Origin: Antechinus flavipes
Lineage: Eukaryota
Assembly: GCF_016432865.1 (NCBI RefSeq)
Contig: NC_067398.1
Coordinates: 91,450,001-91,514,000 of the forward strand
Reading direction: 5' to 3'
Length of the DNA stretch: 64,000 nucleotides
Both the position numbers and the translations under genes were made by a program. Each line of letters starts with the position of its first letter. Position 1 is the first letter of the stretch. The notes beneath the pieces were generated by a model that searched no databases, was not told where the DNA came from, and saw only the letters and a list, made by a program, of their open reading frames with translations. Below, piece by piece: positions 1 to 12,170 of the stretch.

Positions 1-199
1 AAATATTGTGAAAAGATTAAATTGATTCGATATCATTTTTAGTGATCTTATTAACAATTAATTGATTTTGTCCTGTAATTGCCTAGTCATAGTTCTTTGT
101 CTCTGAATAATAGTGTAAACATTCAACTGGTCTGTAATTAATTTAAGTTTAGAAATCCATTTCTCTTGTTTATCACTATTCTATTTTTGTCAAAAGGAA

Positions 200-640
200 T
201 TCTGCTATTCCTTGGAGGATGTGGGTAGGAGTCTTGTCTAATACCTCTATATCACCAAGCTATCTTTCAAGGATGTCTGCTTTGCTATCCAAAGAAATCT
301 GGCTCATCTTTTAACTTTGAAGGTGGATTTAAACATTGACTTTCTATTAGTAACAGAAGGAAAGAAGGAGGCCTATTGCTAACCCCACATTTCCTACTTC
401 TAACCAATCATATCTCCTATACCTCAGCTACCTAACCAATCATGTCTTCAAACACATGATGTCACCTATCCTTTTCCATTCTTTGTTCAAACTCAATAAT
501 GAGCAAGTAATCTCTGGGTCTGTGGCTAACTGAGGTAAAAACCACTGACCATTCTGTTGTCAGGTAGCACCCCCTGTTAATAAAACGTTATTTGCTTGGA
601 AAGTATATGTCTTAGTCTATCTTTCTTGAAGTTTACTCAT
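200..640 (+). mobile_element. Probable LTR (ERV-type), 5' boundary uncertain
   Basis: Two CCAAT boxes (404-408, 436-440), AATAAA at 579-584 and a pyrimidine-rich U5-like end finishing ...GTTTACTCA (639). No TSD could be verified. Confidence 0.4.
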
Positions 641-1594
641 GACAAATGGTATCCTTAATTTAAAATAATCAGGGCTGTGAAGAAGTGTGTCATGAAGAAA
701 GGATATTATTCCCCAAAATGTCTTAAGACCTACATGGATAGAGGAAATTCCTTTTGTAATAAGAATATAACGGGGGCAATCTGGACAACAAAATCTGACC
801 TAAGGATAGAATAGGCTAGATGATCTGGGGAAAAATTTTATTTGAAGTACATAGTAGGATATATGATCTGTGTTTGCCATCAATGAAGATCACAATTCCT
901 CCATATGTTTTCATTTTGTGTGGTTTTTGTAAGAGTCCTCCCTTAAATGTTCCATAGAGGATCTACACTAATGGTATAGAGGTCTTTCTAGGATTCACTT
1001 AATATTCTATATAAACCAGTCAGTACCCATAGTTCCTGCTTATACACATTATACATATACACATATACATGATATGTATGATCTGCCTCCTTCCTCTTTA
1101 GTCATACAAATCCTCAGTATCATTTTTTTAGGTCACTTCTCATGTTTATAAAATAATAGAGTGGACTTTTACTAATGTTGAAATTTCCATTATACATCAG
1201 TTACATCAATTACGCTTTGATTTTTAGGGTTACACATTACAAGTTATAATGAACTTTGGGTCTTCTAATCCATTTTATTTTACAGAGAAGGAAACTGAGA
1301 CCTAGAGACATTCAATGACTTGCCCACACTCACATACATAGTAAATGGCAGAGCCAGTATATGAATCCTTATCTTCAGGTTCCCAGTCTATCAGATATTT
1401 TTAGCAAACTTTGCCAGGAGAATATATGTCAAAGGATCATAGGTCTAAGAGCTGTAAAGGTGACCTCAAAGGTCATCTAATCAATCCTCCTAATTTTAAA
1501 TTGAGTCCAGATAAACTAAATGATCACAGAAGTAATGTCAAAGATGGGATTTGGGAAAATTATCCTTGCATATGTTTTGAAAATAAAAAGCTTT

Positions 1595-1745
1595 GGGGCA
1601 GGTAGGTGGTGCAGTGGATAGAGCGAGCCCCAGCCCTGAAGTCAGTAGGATCTGAGTTCAAATGTGGTCTCAGACACTTAACACGTCCTAGCTGTGTGAC
1701 CCTGGGCAAGTCACTTAATCCCAATTGCCTCGGCAAAAAGAAAGA
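1595..1745 (+). mobile_element. WSINE1-type tRNA-derived SINE
   Basis: GGGGCAGGTAGGTGGTGCAGTGGATAGAGC...GAGTTCAAAT...GGGCAAGTCACTTAATCCCAATTGCCTC plus A tail. 15-bp TSD GAAAATAAAAAGCTT at 1579-1593 and 1746-1760. Confidence 0.9.
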
Positions 1746-1807
1746 GAAAATAAAAAGCTTCAATTTTTTAAAAATGGAATTTAACTCAGGTCCTTTGAGT
1801 TCAGAGC

Positions 1808-1990
1808 TAAGAGAGGCAGAGAAAGAGAGACAAAGAGAGAAAAAACTTGAGATAAAGAGACAGAGACCCAGGGAGAGATACTCAGAGACAGAGAGAGAGA
1901 GAAAGAGAAAGAGAGGAAGAGGGAGGGAAGGAGAGAAGGAGAGAGACAGAGACAGAAAGAAAAAGAAAGAGACAGAGAAAGGGAGAGTAA
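1808..1990 (+). repeat. GA-rich low-complexity tract
   Basis: Degenerate (GA/GAGACA)n; source of spurious ORFs 1560..2180 and 1606..2073. Confidence 0.9.
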
Positions 1991-2479
1991 GAGACTTTAC
2001 TGTAACATATTGTTTCCCTTCTCTTTTGTCAAAACATAATCTGGAATCATTGAAAAATATGCACAAATTCTGAAATGAAATCCAGCCTATTATAATACTC
2101 CTATTCAGCATCAATAAAGCTATTATTTTCTTTGCAGATTGATATGATCTATTAAGATATGTGGTCACAGTCATTTTCACAATATCATTAACCGGTGGTC
2201 AGGTTCTTTTTTACTTGACTGTAAGTACTTCCCTTATTCACTATTGCTCTCCTTTCCTCTTCTCTTCCTAAGACTTTATTTCCTAATCTGCAAGAGGTAA
2301 TGATTGCTAGCACCAAACCACTATTTTACTCCTGAAAGAAACATTTTTATGCCTTCTCCTCTTCACTTCTTATTCTTATTCCTGTTCTAAATCACCCCCC
2401 TGGGACCCAAACCATTCCACAGACATGCAGAAAATGCCCCTCAGATGCCACATACATTCTCTGTGATGTTTTTCACTCC

Positions 2480-2882
2480 ACAGCTTTAGCCTTGGTTTAT
2501 TGTCTATCTCCCTTAGGGTAATTCCCTATGGCTCAGTTCCCCATGGCTGTTTGCCCTTGTCTAGAAATCCTACCCTTCCCTCTTCCTCCAACTGGCTAAA
2601 CCACTTCCTCATTTAAACTCCAATTTCCCTCCTCTATTTCTGGGGTGAGTGGGGGTTTGGGGGGAGGGGGGTACGGAGTGTGCTTGTTCTTGAAGCCATT
2701 TGTGCCTCTATTGGCTAAAGGAGAGATTTAAAAATAAAATGATTTTACAACCCAGGTCACCATGTTCCGGGCATTATGAAAGTGAAGAGGCAGATAACAA
2801 GCCCTGGCAGAGTATGCAGACCTTTGGAATCAAGCACAGCCTTGTAGCCTAAGGAAATATGGCTCGGAAATGAACAGTAAGC
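2480..2882 (+). promoter_or_regulatory. Candidate haematopoietic-type promoter/enhancer
   Basis: Repeat-free block with PU.1 consensus CACTTCCTCATTT (2602-2614), four G-runs (2642-2671), reverse CCAAT (ATTGG ~2710), IRF-like GAAAGTGAA (2778-2786), AGATAA (2792-2797), GGAAATGAAC (2866-2875) and a donor-like A|GTAAGC at 2876/2877. Confidence 0.3.
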
Positions 2883-3149
2883 ACCAAGGACTTCAGGAAT
2901 TATTGTACACTTGTAATTAAGCATATCAGAAGATACCTTGCCTAATTTATGATGTGTAACCCTAAAGTGAACTCGTAGACCTTTGAGAGACAGAGTCCAA
3001 CTTTCTCAATGATAAATGAGAAAACTAAAGGTCAGAAAATTGTAATCACTTGCCTAGAATAACACCTTAAATTGTGACAAAATTAGATTTCAGATCTAGG
3101 TTCCTTGATTGAAACCAATATTCTCCCTTAAACATTTTATCTCAACTAC

Positions 3150-3303
3150 CACTTTTTTGGGCCCAGACTTCTTTGGCAGTCTGGATAAACCTAACAACTT
3201 CCTCTCAGAATGTTTTTAAATGCAGAAAATAAAATACAGAGGATTTACAAAATTATTCCAAAATATGGTGATCAAAATATTTCTTTAAAAAGTTCTTGGC
3301 CCC
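3150..3303. mobile_element. hAT/Charlie-type MITE remnant
   Basis: GGCAGTCTGG...CTCAGAATGTTTTTAAATGCAGAAAATAAAATAC...CAAAATATTT resembles therian MER-type hAT MITEs (recall; subfamily not assigned). Confidence 0.5.
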
Positions 3304-3304
3304 G

Positions 3305-3450
3305 GGGCAACTAAGTGGCATGAGGGATAGAGCACCAGCCCTGAAGTTAGGAGGACCTGAGTTAAAATTTGACCTCAAACCACTTAACACTTCCTAGATG
3401 TATGATCCTGGGCAAGTCACTTAACCCCAATTGCCTCAGCGCAAAAAAGA
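3305..3450 (+). mobile_element. WSINE1-type SINE
   Basis: Same head, body and A tail as the 1595 copy. Confidence 0.85.
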
Positions 3451-3519
3451 AAGTTTTATTAACTTCTAAGAAGATTAATTTTTTTTTTTTACAGACTAAA
3501 GCTCATTTATTTAAATGTG

Positions 3520-3700
3520 TGTTATTATATATGACCTATACCAAATTGCTTACTGTCTTAAAGGAGGTGAGAAAGATAAGAGGGAGGGAGAAAATTTGAA
3601 ACTCAAAAATTTATTTTTAAAATTCATTTAAAAATGAATACTAAAAATTGTCTTTGCATGTGATTGGAAAAATAAAATAATATTTAAAATAAATAAAAGT
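3520..3700 (+). mobile_element. Old L1 3' end
   Basis: GGAGGGAGAAAATTTGAAACTCAAAA...TTTGCATGTGATTGGAAAATAAAATA, the typical marsupial L1 terminus. Confidence 0.7.
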
Positions 3701-3799
3701 GTCATTCAATTCATATCAATCACGTTTGAAGGCTATAATTCATTCTAATAAGATCACTGAAGTTTGAAGATTTTTGGAGCTCTTTTAGAATGGCCTTCA

Positions 3800-4412
3800 A
3801 AAGGGAAAGGGACCTGTATGTGCCAAAATGTTTGTGGCAGCCCAGTTTGTAGTGGCTAGAAACTGGAAAATGAATGGATGCCCATCAATTGGAGAATGGC
3901 TGGGTAAATTGTGGTATATGAACATTATGGAATATTATTGTTCTGTAAGAAATGACCAGCAGAAGTGAAATGAGCAGAACCAGGAGATCATTATATACTT
4001 CAACAATGATACTGTATGAGGATGTATTCTGATGGAAGTGGATTTCTTCGACAAAGAGATCTAATTCAGTTTCAATTGATCAAGAATGGACAGAAGCAGC
4101 TACACCCAAAGAAAGAACACTGGGAAATGAACGTAAACTGCTTGCATTTTTGTTTTTCTTCCCGGGTTATTTATACCTTCTGAATCCCATTCTCCCTGTG
4201 CAACAAGAGAACTGTTCCATTCTGCATACGTATATTGTATCTAGGATATACTGTAACCTATTTAACATGTATAGGACTGCTTGCCATCTGGGGGAGGGAG
4301 TGGAGAGAGGGAGGGAGAAAAATTGGAACAGAAGTGAGTGCAAGAGATAATGTTGTAAAAATTTACCCTGGCATGGGTTCTGTCAATAAAAAGTTATTAA
4401 AAAAAAAAAAAA
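3800..4412 (+). mobile_element. Young 5'-truncated L1 with poly(A) and TSD
   Basis: L1 ORF2-end/3'UTR sequence, AATAAA plus ~15-A tail, 13-bp TSD AGAATGGCCTTCA at 3787-3799 and 4413-4425. Confidence 0.92.
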
Positions 4413-4459
4413 AGAATGGCCTTCAGAAAAATATGTCCTATTACTAAAATGACAATAAG

Positions 4460-4710
4460 GTAATGTAATAATAGCTAACATTTGTATAGGTGCCAGGTAC
4501 TATGCTAAACACTTATAATTATTATCTCATTTGATCATCACAACAACCCTGGGAGACAATTGCTGTTATTGTACCCATTTTATAGATGAGACAAATGGAG
4601 GGGATATGACTTATCTAAAGTCATACAGCTAGGAAGTGTTTGAGACTAGATTTGGATGCAGGTCTTCCTAACCAGGCCCTCACTTTACCCACTCTACCAC
4701 CTAGCTGCCA
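4460..4710 (-). mobile_element. MIR/core-SINE
   Basis: Reverse-complement core (CCCATTTTATAGATGAG...TGACTTATCTAAAGTCATACAGCTAG). Confidence 0.75.
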
Positions 4711-4806
4711 GACTGATTAGTAGCTTATGTAATCCTAAAATCAGTTTTATCTTCTTGTGTATATTCAAAGGACATAGAGAACTGGGAATTTCCAGCCTTT
4801 GTTCAT

Positions 4807-5050
4807 AGTCATGTTGTGCCAATAAATGTTTAACAACCAGCTTGGGAAACTGGGGAATGGAATATACACTTGGAATATTTTTAAGTTTACTCTGCATTGT
4901 TAAGATTTCACTTATCATTTTCTCAAATCTAGACAATAGACCAAACAATAAAACAAGCCCTATTTGTAGCTTTTGCTGATTTTCAAGGTGTAAATGTTCG
5001 TACTGAAAATTTAACAATCAGCAGAGCAATTCAACCTGACTTTAACACAT
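4807..5050 (-). mobile_element. MER63-like hAT DNA transposon (non-autonomous)
   Basis: AATAAATGTTTAACAACCAGC terminus and reverse complement of GCTACAAAT..GGGCTTG..TTGTTT..TTGTCTAGA; also similar in opposite orientation to 20089-20316. Confidence 0.7.
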
Positions 5051-6539
5051 CTTTCTACAGAATCCCAGTTTCCCCACACACACACTCCATCCCAGTGGTC
5101 TTCCCCTACATCTCTGCTTATTAAAATCCTTTCATTAAAGTCTCAGTCTGAGCTAAGTACTGCTGTTTCTACCATGATATCTGTACAGATCACCACTTTT
5201 TTTAAAAAATCTCATGTTCTGTGAGTCTCTCATAGTGCTCCACTTGGACTTCTATTTACTTGCCACATTTTAACTTCATAGGTCTAGAGATGGAAGAGAG
5301 CTGAGGCTAATTCAGCCCCATCTATATTTCAGATGAGAAAGATGAGGACCAAGGAAGTTAAGTTACTTGATCAAGTTCATACAAATAGTAAGTAATAAAG
5401 ACATGATTCAATTAACCTAGGTCTTATTGACTCCACAACAAGTGCTCGTGTCACTGTTGTGTATACTACTTGTATTATAACAATTTGTGTAGATATTTTT
5501 CCCCTCCCCTCTCCTTCCCAGAGCTGTAATCTTTTTCAGGGTAAGGAGAAAATGTGCTATTCCATTTTAGTTTTTTATCCTTAAATCCTAAAAGAGTAAG
5601 TTATACATATTATGTACTTTTATACATGCAAAAACAGACAATTGAGGCAATTATCCAACTCCATTTACTCCTTCCAAAACCACTTTTTGTATGAAATATC
5701 CAAATAATTTAAGTAATTAACATTGGCTTTGGGCTTTGTTTTTCAGTTGGAATGATTTGGATAATTGTTTCATTTTGTACTTTAAATGGTTATATAAACC
5801 TACCAAAGTGATTCCCTAGGGCCTTATCCTCAGGAGTGAACTGTGTCATTCCACCTGCATTTACCACAGTAAACTGAATAAACCAAGTCAGAAAATCCAA
5901 AGACATTTGATTATTACTCTCTATTTTTTAATCCTTTGTTGTCATAGCCCACTTTTCCAGAAGTGATCTTCCATATCTTGGACTGCTTTGCCCATAGCAG
6001 CTGGCATAGGAAGTCCTCCAGGAATAGAGGAATTCCTGTACTCCCTATCTCATTCTATGGAGGATAAGAACAGAGTGAGCCTCTGGAATGGACCATTCAG
6101 AAGAAAGGTCAGTGGATAGATTCAATGGTAATTTGAAGGAGACTCTGAGTTTCAAGATCAACTCAAGTTCCCAAAGCAAGAACAAAGGTTAGATAACAAA
6201 CACTTGAGACAGATTTATTTACTATAATGCATATAAATATTTTAGGGCTAAATCCTCCTTGAGTCTAAAGGGTTGACATCCATAAACTGGCAGTAGAGAT
6301 TCACATGTTTAGTCAGCCCAGTCATGTCAGTTCATTAGCACAGAAGAATTATGCAGCTAGGACACACATGTGCACAGACATGCACACATACACACAAAAT
6401 GCCTCTGCTATCAGTAGTTTTATTTTTGTCATATGCAGAGGTTAAGTGTTTGTTGGTCTTTATTACAAAGACTTAGAGCACTTTATTAAATTTATTAGTA
6501 ATTCATAGTATATTCCTGAGACCTAGAAGGCCTGCTTCT

Positions 6540-7030
6540 GCTACTAACTAGAATCATTTGAAGGAAATGGGAATTTTTAGTCTAATAGTATCAGGAAAAT
6601 GTGTGGGAAAATGGGAAAGAGGGATGATAGATGGTAACAAATACTTAAACACTTGTTAAGAGAAAGAAGGATTAGCCTTCTGGTGCTGGGTGTCAGAGCG
6701 CAGAATGTAGAATGAGGAAAAGTTTTAGAGAAGCAGATTCCATCTTGATATGAAAAGAAAATCTCTAACTAAAGAGAGCCATAAATGTAAAGGTGCTATC
6801 TTAGATGGTTGTGAATCCCCATAGCTAAAGATTTTATACAGAAAATGGTTGACTCTTTACCAAGGATATTGTTGAGGGGATGTCAGTTCGGACAAAGGTT
6901 GAAATCAATATGAGGTAACTTCCATATCTTAGAATTCTGGGATTCTGTAGTAACTGCTTCATCTAATAGCTAGTTCTACATCTATAAAATGAGATGACTT
7001 TTGACATCCTTTCCAACTCTGATATTCTAA
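6540..7030 (+). mobile_element. L3/CR1 3' region
   Basis: GGAAATGGGAATTTTTAGTCT...CAAATACTTAAA...CCTTCCA..CTTAGAATTCT CR1-type tail. Confidence 0.7.
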
Positions 7031-8964
7031 AAAGTATTATAAACCTTAAAACATTATATGAATCTAAGTTACTTTTACTCCTAACTAGTCACTACTGAAC
7101 AACTTGTAATTCAGTATGAAAATTATAGGTAACATACAATTAACCTACAATTATCTTTCTTACAGGAAGTCAAAGTATTTGATCTCATGAATTTTTATAC
7201 TAGCCCCATGAAGACTAATGCTAGGCATTATTGTCCCCACTTTGTAAATGGAGAAATTAGAATGGTCCCTCCAGCTCTAAGAAACCAAAAATCCAGAGGG
7301 AGTAAAAGTATGTCATTGTCCAAGGTTATGTGGTAAGTAAGTATTGAACAATGTAAAGAACAATTATTTGGAAATCAGTCACCAATTCTAGTCCAGCTTT
7401 TGAACTTAAACAAATGACTTAACCTTTTGGGAGCTTCTACTAAATAAAGGAATTAAAACAGATAGTCTCAAAAGTCCCTTCCAGCTCCATGATTCCATGT
7501 GAAGGATCAAATCTCAGACATTCTGTGTTTCCAGATGTGCTATATATTCTATATAGCATGCCACAGAAGCAACAGGAATAGGCAGTCAAACTTAATCTAG
7601 AGTATCTTACTAGGATAACAGAAAGAAATAAACTGGCCCCATGAAGAGAGAAGCAAACACAGTTCAAGCATCTCCAAAAAGTCCTGAGGCCGGCAGATAA
7701 TGCCCAAAGAAAAGAAGGAAAAAAATAACCAGACAGAGCATCCAAAGCAATATTGACCAAAGTCCCAAAGTAGTAGTGACAAGTGAATCACTTTGACTAA
7801 TGCTTACTCATCCCAAGGTACTTTCCACATCACGCTCTGTAATGGTTACCAAACAAATATCTCTGAGCTGCACTCACATAACTTCAAATAAAAATATTGT
7901 TGTAACCTTTACTTAAAAAAAAAAAAAGCAATTCTTTCCTTTTCCTTTCCTTTTCTTTTTTTGGGGAGAGATTTTTGGCAAAAGGACTGAAACAATTGTT
8001 ATTGTTGACACTGGAAAAAGTTTCTAGCTAGGAAATACAAGTGTTCTTTGGCCGTGTTGGCAAACTCTCAAATATTGAGCTTTTACTGCCTAATAGTATA
8101 GACAACATCCATTTATCCTGAAGCCAGGATGGTAAGACCTTAATTCAGCATTTATCAGTAGATTAGATGATTAGCATCAGAGTTTGTTGAAGGTTTTAGG
8201 AGCATAGGAGAATAAGTAGACTAACTAATGGAAGACACATAATGAGGAAGAGGCTTGGTACTTGAAAGACAGCTTGATACAACCACAAAAATCTTTGATT
8301 TGAACTCCAGACTTGTGTTCTAATTCTGTCTTGGAAGGTTTCTTTTTGTGACTTTAGGCAAAATTCTCTTGGTCTACATTTCCATATCAGATTTTGTTAG
8401 GGATTGGTTTTTGCACTTAACACAGAGCCTTGGCACATAGTAGGGTTTTAATAAATGTTTAATGATTAGCTGATCCATAAAATGAGGGTGATTATACACT
8501 GTAAACCTAAAAGAATTCTAGAAATTGGAGTTATTTGTAAAGACATTCTGGGCCCAGGGACTGAAGTAAGCTTCTATTAAACAACCCCAAATCTAGATTC
8601 CAGGGAACTGGCTTAAGTCTCAGGGAAATCTAGCAGAATCAAATTTTTCTCATACTTTCTGATTCTCTAAAACATCATTCTGGATCCCTGAGGATAATCA
8701 TGTAAAGCTAAAAAATGGTTTGTTTCAAAAGCCTCTTCAAAAAGAGTTTTAGCATCCTTCTTTAAAAGGCACACAATTTACAAAGTAGATTAGGAATTAA
8801 AATAGCTATTTATTTCTTCCATATACAAGATACTTAACATGCAAAAGACTTATAAACTCACACTGAAAAAAAAATTAAGCAGAATATAGTTACCAATAGT
8901 TCCTTTACCCTCTCCTGAGAGGAAGATAATTTGAAACAGTAAAACATGAACTACTTTATAAGAA

Positions 8965-9092
8965 GCAGCTAGCTGGGAAGCCTGAGTTCAAATCCAGTCT
9001 CAGACATTTACCACTTACTTGCTGTTGTGAACCTGGATAGATCACTAAACTCCAGTTGCCTTGCAGAAAAAGAAAAAAAGAAAAAGAAAAGA
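8965..9092 (+). mobile_element. Diverged WSINE/SINE1-type SINE
   Basis: CCTGAGTTCAAATCCAGTCTCAGACA...CCAGTTGCC plus A-rich tail. Confidence 0.7.
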
Positions 9093-9428
9093 AATATTTT
9101 ATGAGGCAGCAGAAAAACCATTTCATATTCACCTTGGTTTCAGTATATCTGAACAACTTCCTTAAAGTCCACAACATACTATAAACAAATGCAGAGCTTG
9201 ATTTCATTACAATGGTGGTCATCTTGTCCTAAGTGAAGCATTGTGGCCACAAGAGATAATACTTCCTAAGGACTTAAGGATTTTTCAATGACTCCAAATT
9301 TTCAAGTCCAAATGATAACAGTCAAAGTTAGAAATGTCAATTCAAGATTATTGTTTAATCACCTGTGCTGGAAGAAAGGCGCACAGAGCAAAAAAGGAAG
9401 CCAAACTTGAGAATTGTCTCAAGCTCAT

Positions 9429-9457
9429 TTAGCTTTCACTGTTATTTGCTACCATGG
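9429..9457 (-). CDS. Candidate terminal coding exon (AMVANNSES*)
   Basis: Long polypyrimidine tract plus CAG acceptor (9458-9459); phase matches the 10586-10705 candidate exon; TAA at 9429-9431. No homolog recognised. Confidence 0.2.
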
Positions 9458-10585
9458 CTGGTAGGAGAAGAAGGAGGGAAGAAGGCTGAGGAGAAGCCCT
9501 ATCCATCTTTCAGGAAGTCTAAGAGAGAGATGTCCTGATTGTAAGTCACACATTCAAAAGACAAAGAACAGAATAAGAGGAGAATTTATATGTCCCTTTA
9601 AAGTCTATTTGAGTAGACTTGTCTATTTGAGTAGACTTATTGCTGGTTAGTAGCCAATCATCTTTGACACATCTCCCTCTTGGGCATAGGGGCCAGAGAT
9701 TCATTTGGGCACCAACCAGAAACTTTTTGTTGTACATGAAGTTTATCAAGAAACCCACCAAAAGGAGCCAGAGCAAAAGCTTATTGCCACATCCTCTTCA
9801 TGGAGGTATTAACTACCATGATATTGAATCAAATACAGAAAAGGAAGAAGAGAGAAAGAGATAACAAAGATGAAGAAGGGGAATGAAGGTAGAAAAAAGT
9901 CCAATAATATCCAGATGTGGTTTTTAAATAATATCTGAATTTTCATTCCACATATAGTATTTTGATTGTTGTTATTAAAAATTGGAAAACAGTAAGATAT
10001 AGATGAAAGAGCACTAGATTTGAGAGACCCAAATTCTAGTCTTGTCTCTGAAGCCCTACTAGACATAAGATCCTGGACAAATCATTTCATTTTCTATGGA
10101 AACATCTATTTCTATGAAATATATATTCATATTTCTATGAACATGTCTATTCTATCTCAGTTTCCTCATCTGTAAAATTAGATGACTTGCTAGATAACCT
10201 CTAAAATCCTGCTAGGCCCTAAGATCTTTATAGTATGCTAACAATAATGTTGGCTCACATATGTGCACAGTTTTATTATTTAAAAAATTTTCCTCTCAAA
10301 AACTTTTATAAATTTTTTAAGTTAAATATTATTGACTCTATGAGAAAGGCTAAGAATCAGAGAGATGAAATAAATAGCTTACCTAATAGTTATATGGTCC
10401 ACAAGAGATAGAGCCAGGACTCACATCCAGGGCATAGAATCATCAACCAAAAACTGGAAATGACTTCAAAGATCATCCAGTCCAACCCCTTAAATTACAG
10501 GACTCTTGAATCTAATGGTCTCTGGGAACTTATCCATCATAAAGGTGACATATCCTGACTTCTGATGTACAGGCTCTCTGCGCAC

Positions 10586-10705
10586 CTCTCCTGATCACAC
10601 TTGAGGAAAGGCTCCTATGGCTGTTCATGCCCTGTAGCATAGTGGAGAAATTCCTAGAATACACTGGGTGGTGTACAGAGCTTGGCATACAGTGCTCTTC
10701 TTCGT
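10586..10705 (-). CDS. Candidate 120-nt symmetric internal exon (xEEEHCMPSSVHHPVYSRNFSTMLQGMNSHRSLSSSVIRRx)
   Basis: Acceptor TTTTTTTCCCTCTCCAG, donor GAG|GTGCGC, length divisible by 3, only one frame open, non-repeat and higher GC than flanks. No homolog recognised. Confidence 0.35.
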
Positions 10706-11149
10706 CTGGAGAGGGAAAAAAAGAAAGTCTATTGCCTTCATAGGTTAGCAGCATTAGTAAAGCCATGCTGTGAAGATAAAGCAGAAGCTCCTAAGATAAA
10801 AATCACCAAGCAAACACAAAATGGATTTCTTGTAATTAATTCTTATAATATCTAGAATTTCCCCCATGTTTTTCTTTTGAGGAAGCCTCATGATAAATTT
10901 TGAAATCATACTTGGCTCTATTATGTACTAATTGTATGATGGTGGGCAAGTTATTTCCCCATCTCTGGTCTTCTATACATTTACTGGTTCATAGGAACAT
11001 AGATTTAAAATTGAGAAACCTTAGGGCATGATCTAATTCTTCCCTTCCCCCATTAAATGACTTGCCCAGTGTCACTGAGGTAAAAAGTGAGAGGCAGAAT
11101 TTGAACTCAGTTTCTCTGATTCCAAATCCAGTGCTTTTTTGTACTGTTC

Positions 11150-12170
11150 CATTAAGGAACAAGCATTATTAAACACTTACTGTCTGTTAGCATTATGGTA
11201 GACACTGGATATACAAATAAAATAATGAAACAATCCCTATTTTCAAGAAACATATTTAATAAGGGAGAGAGCACAGAGAGAGAGGAGCATATTCATGTGT
11301 AAGTATAAAAAATGTAGGACAAATACAAATTTAAGTTCAAAGTAAAGGTCGAGTTCAAAGGAGATAGAAAGGGTGCTTCCTGCCTATGAAATCAGGAAAA
11401 GTTTCATGTAGAAGGTAGTATTAAACTTGGGTTCAAATTCAGCCTAAACATTGACTAATTGTGCAACTTTGGGCATCATTTAACCCTGTTTGCCTCAGTT
11501 TCCTCATCTGTAAAATGAGCTGGAGAGGAAATTGCAGACCACTCCAGCATCTTTGCCAAGAAAACCTCACATGGAGATGTGGGTAATAGTATATGACAGA
11601 AAAAATGACTGAACAGAGATGAAAAACATGTAACAAAGCTGGGGAAAATAGATTGGGGAAAGGTTGTTAAGAGTTTTAAAACACAGGACTTTATATTTGA
11701 TCCCAGAGATAAATGGAATCCACAAGAGATTATTGAGTCAGGGAGTGACGCAGTTAGTTAGATCTGCGCTTAAGGAAAATCATGTTGGCAACTCTGTGGA
11801 GGATGGATTGGAAGAAATAGCCATCTGAAGTGAGGTGACCAAGTGTCATTGCAGTAGTGTAGTGGAAAAGTGAAGAGAGCCTGAATTAAGATGGTAGCCC
11901 TGGGAGTTAAAATAGGTCTAGGATCTGAGGGATGTTGAAGAGTTAAAAATGGAAATTATTGAGAAATCTATGTTTCTATAAACCCTAATATGGGGCCTTA
12001 GGGAAATAGAGAATAGAGAAGTCAAGAATAAAACCAAAAATAGAACCTGAAATATTGGGAAAATGGTAATGCTTTCCAAAAAAATAGAAGTTTGGGGAGA
12101 AAGATGGATTTGGTGAAATGCTGCCTCTTTGGATATACTGAATGTGAAATGTTTCTGGGACAATTACTAA
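11150..12170 (-). mobile_element. L2 fragments interrupted by a MAR1/MIR SINE
   Basis: Reverse L2 tail (AAGCATTATTAAACACTTACTG) and purine-rich antisense L2 ORF2/3' sequence. Confidence 0.7.
11425..11625 (+). mobile_element. MAR1-type core-SINE
   Basis: CCTGTTTGCCTCAGTTTCCTCATCTGTAAAATGAGCTGGAGAGGAAATTGCAGACCACTCCAGCATCTTTGCCAAGAAAACC. Confidence 0.85.

Noticed and set aside
1560-2180. Longest ORFs in the track (206 aa minus, 155 aa plus)
   Set aside because: They run through a WSINE1 copy and a GA-rich tract; the low-complexity translation is an artefact.
4694-5017. 107-aa minus ORF
   Set aside because: Lies within a non-coding MER63-like transposon and MIR.
7440-7791. Hydrophobic/Cys-containing minus ORFs in unique sequence
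   Set aside because: No recognisable domain or consistent splice sites; more likely UTR or intron.
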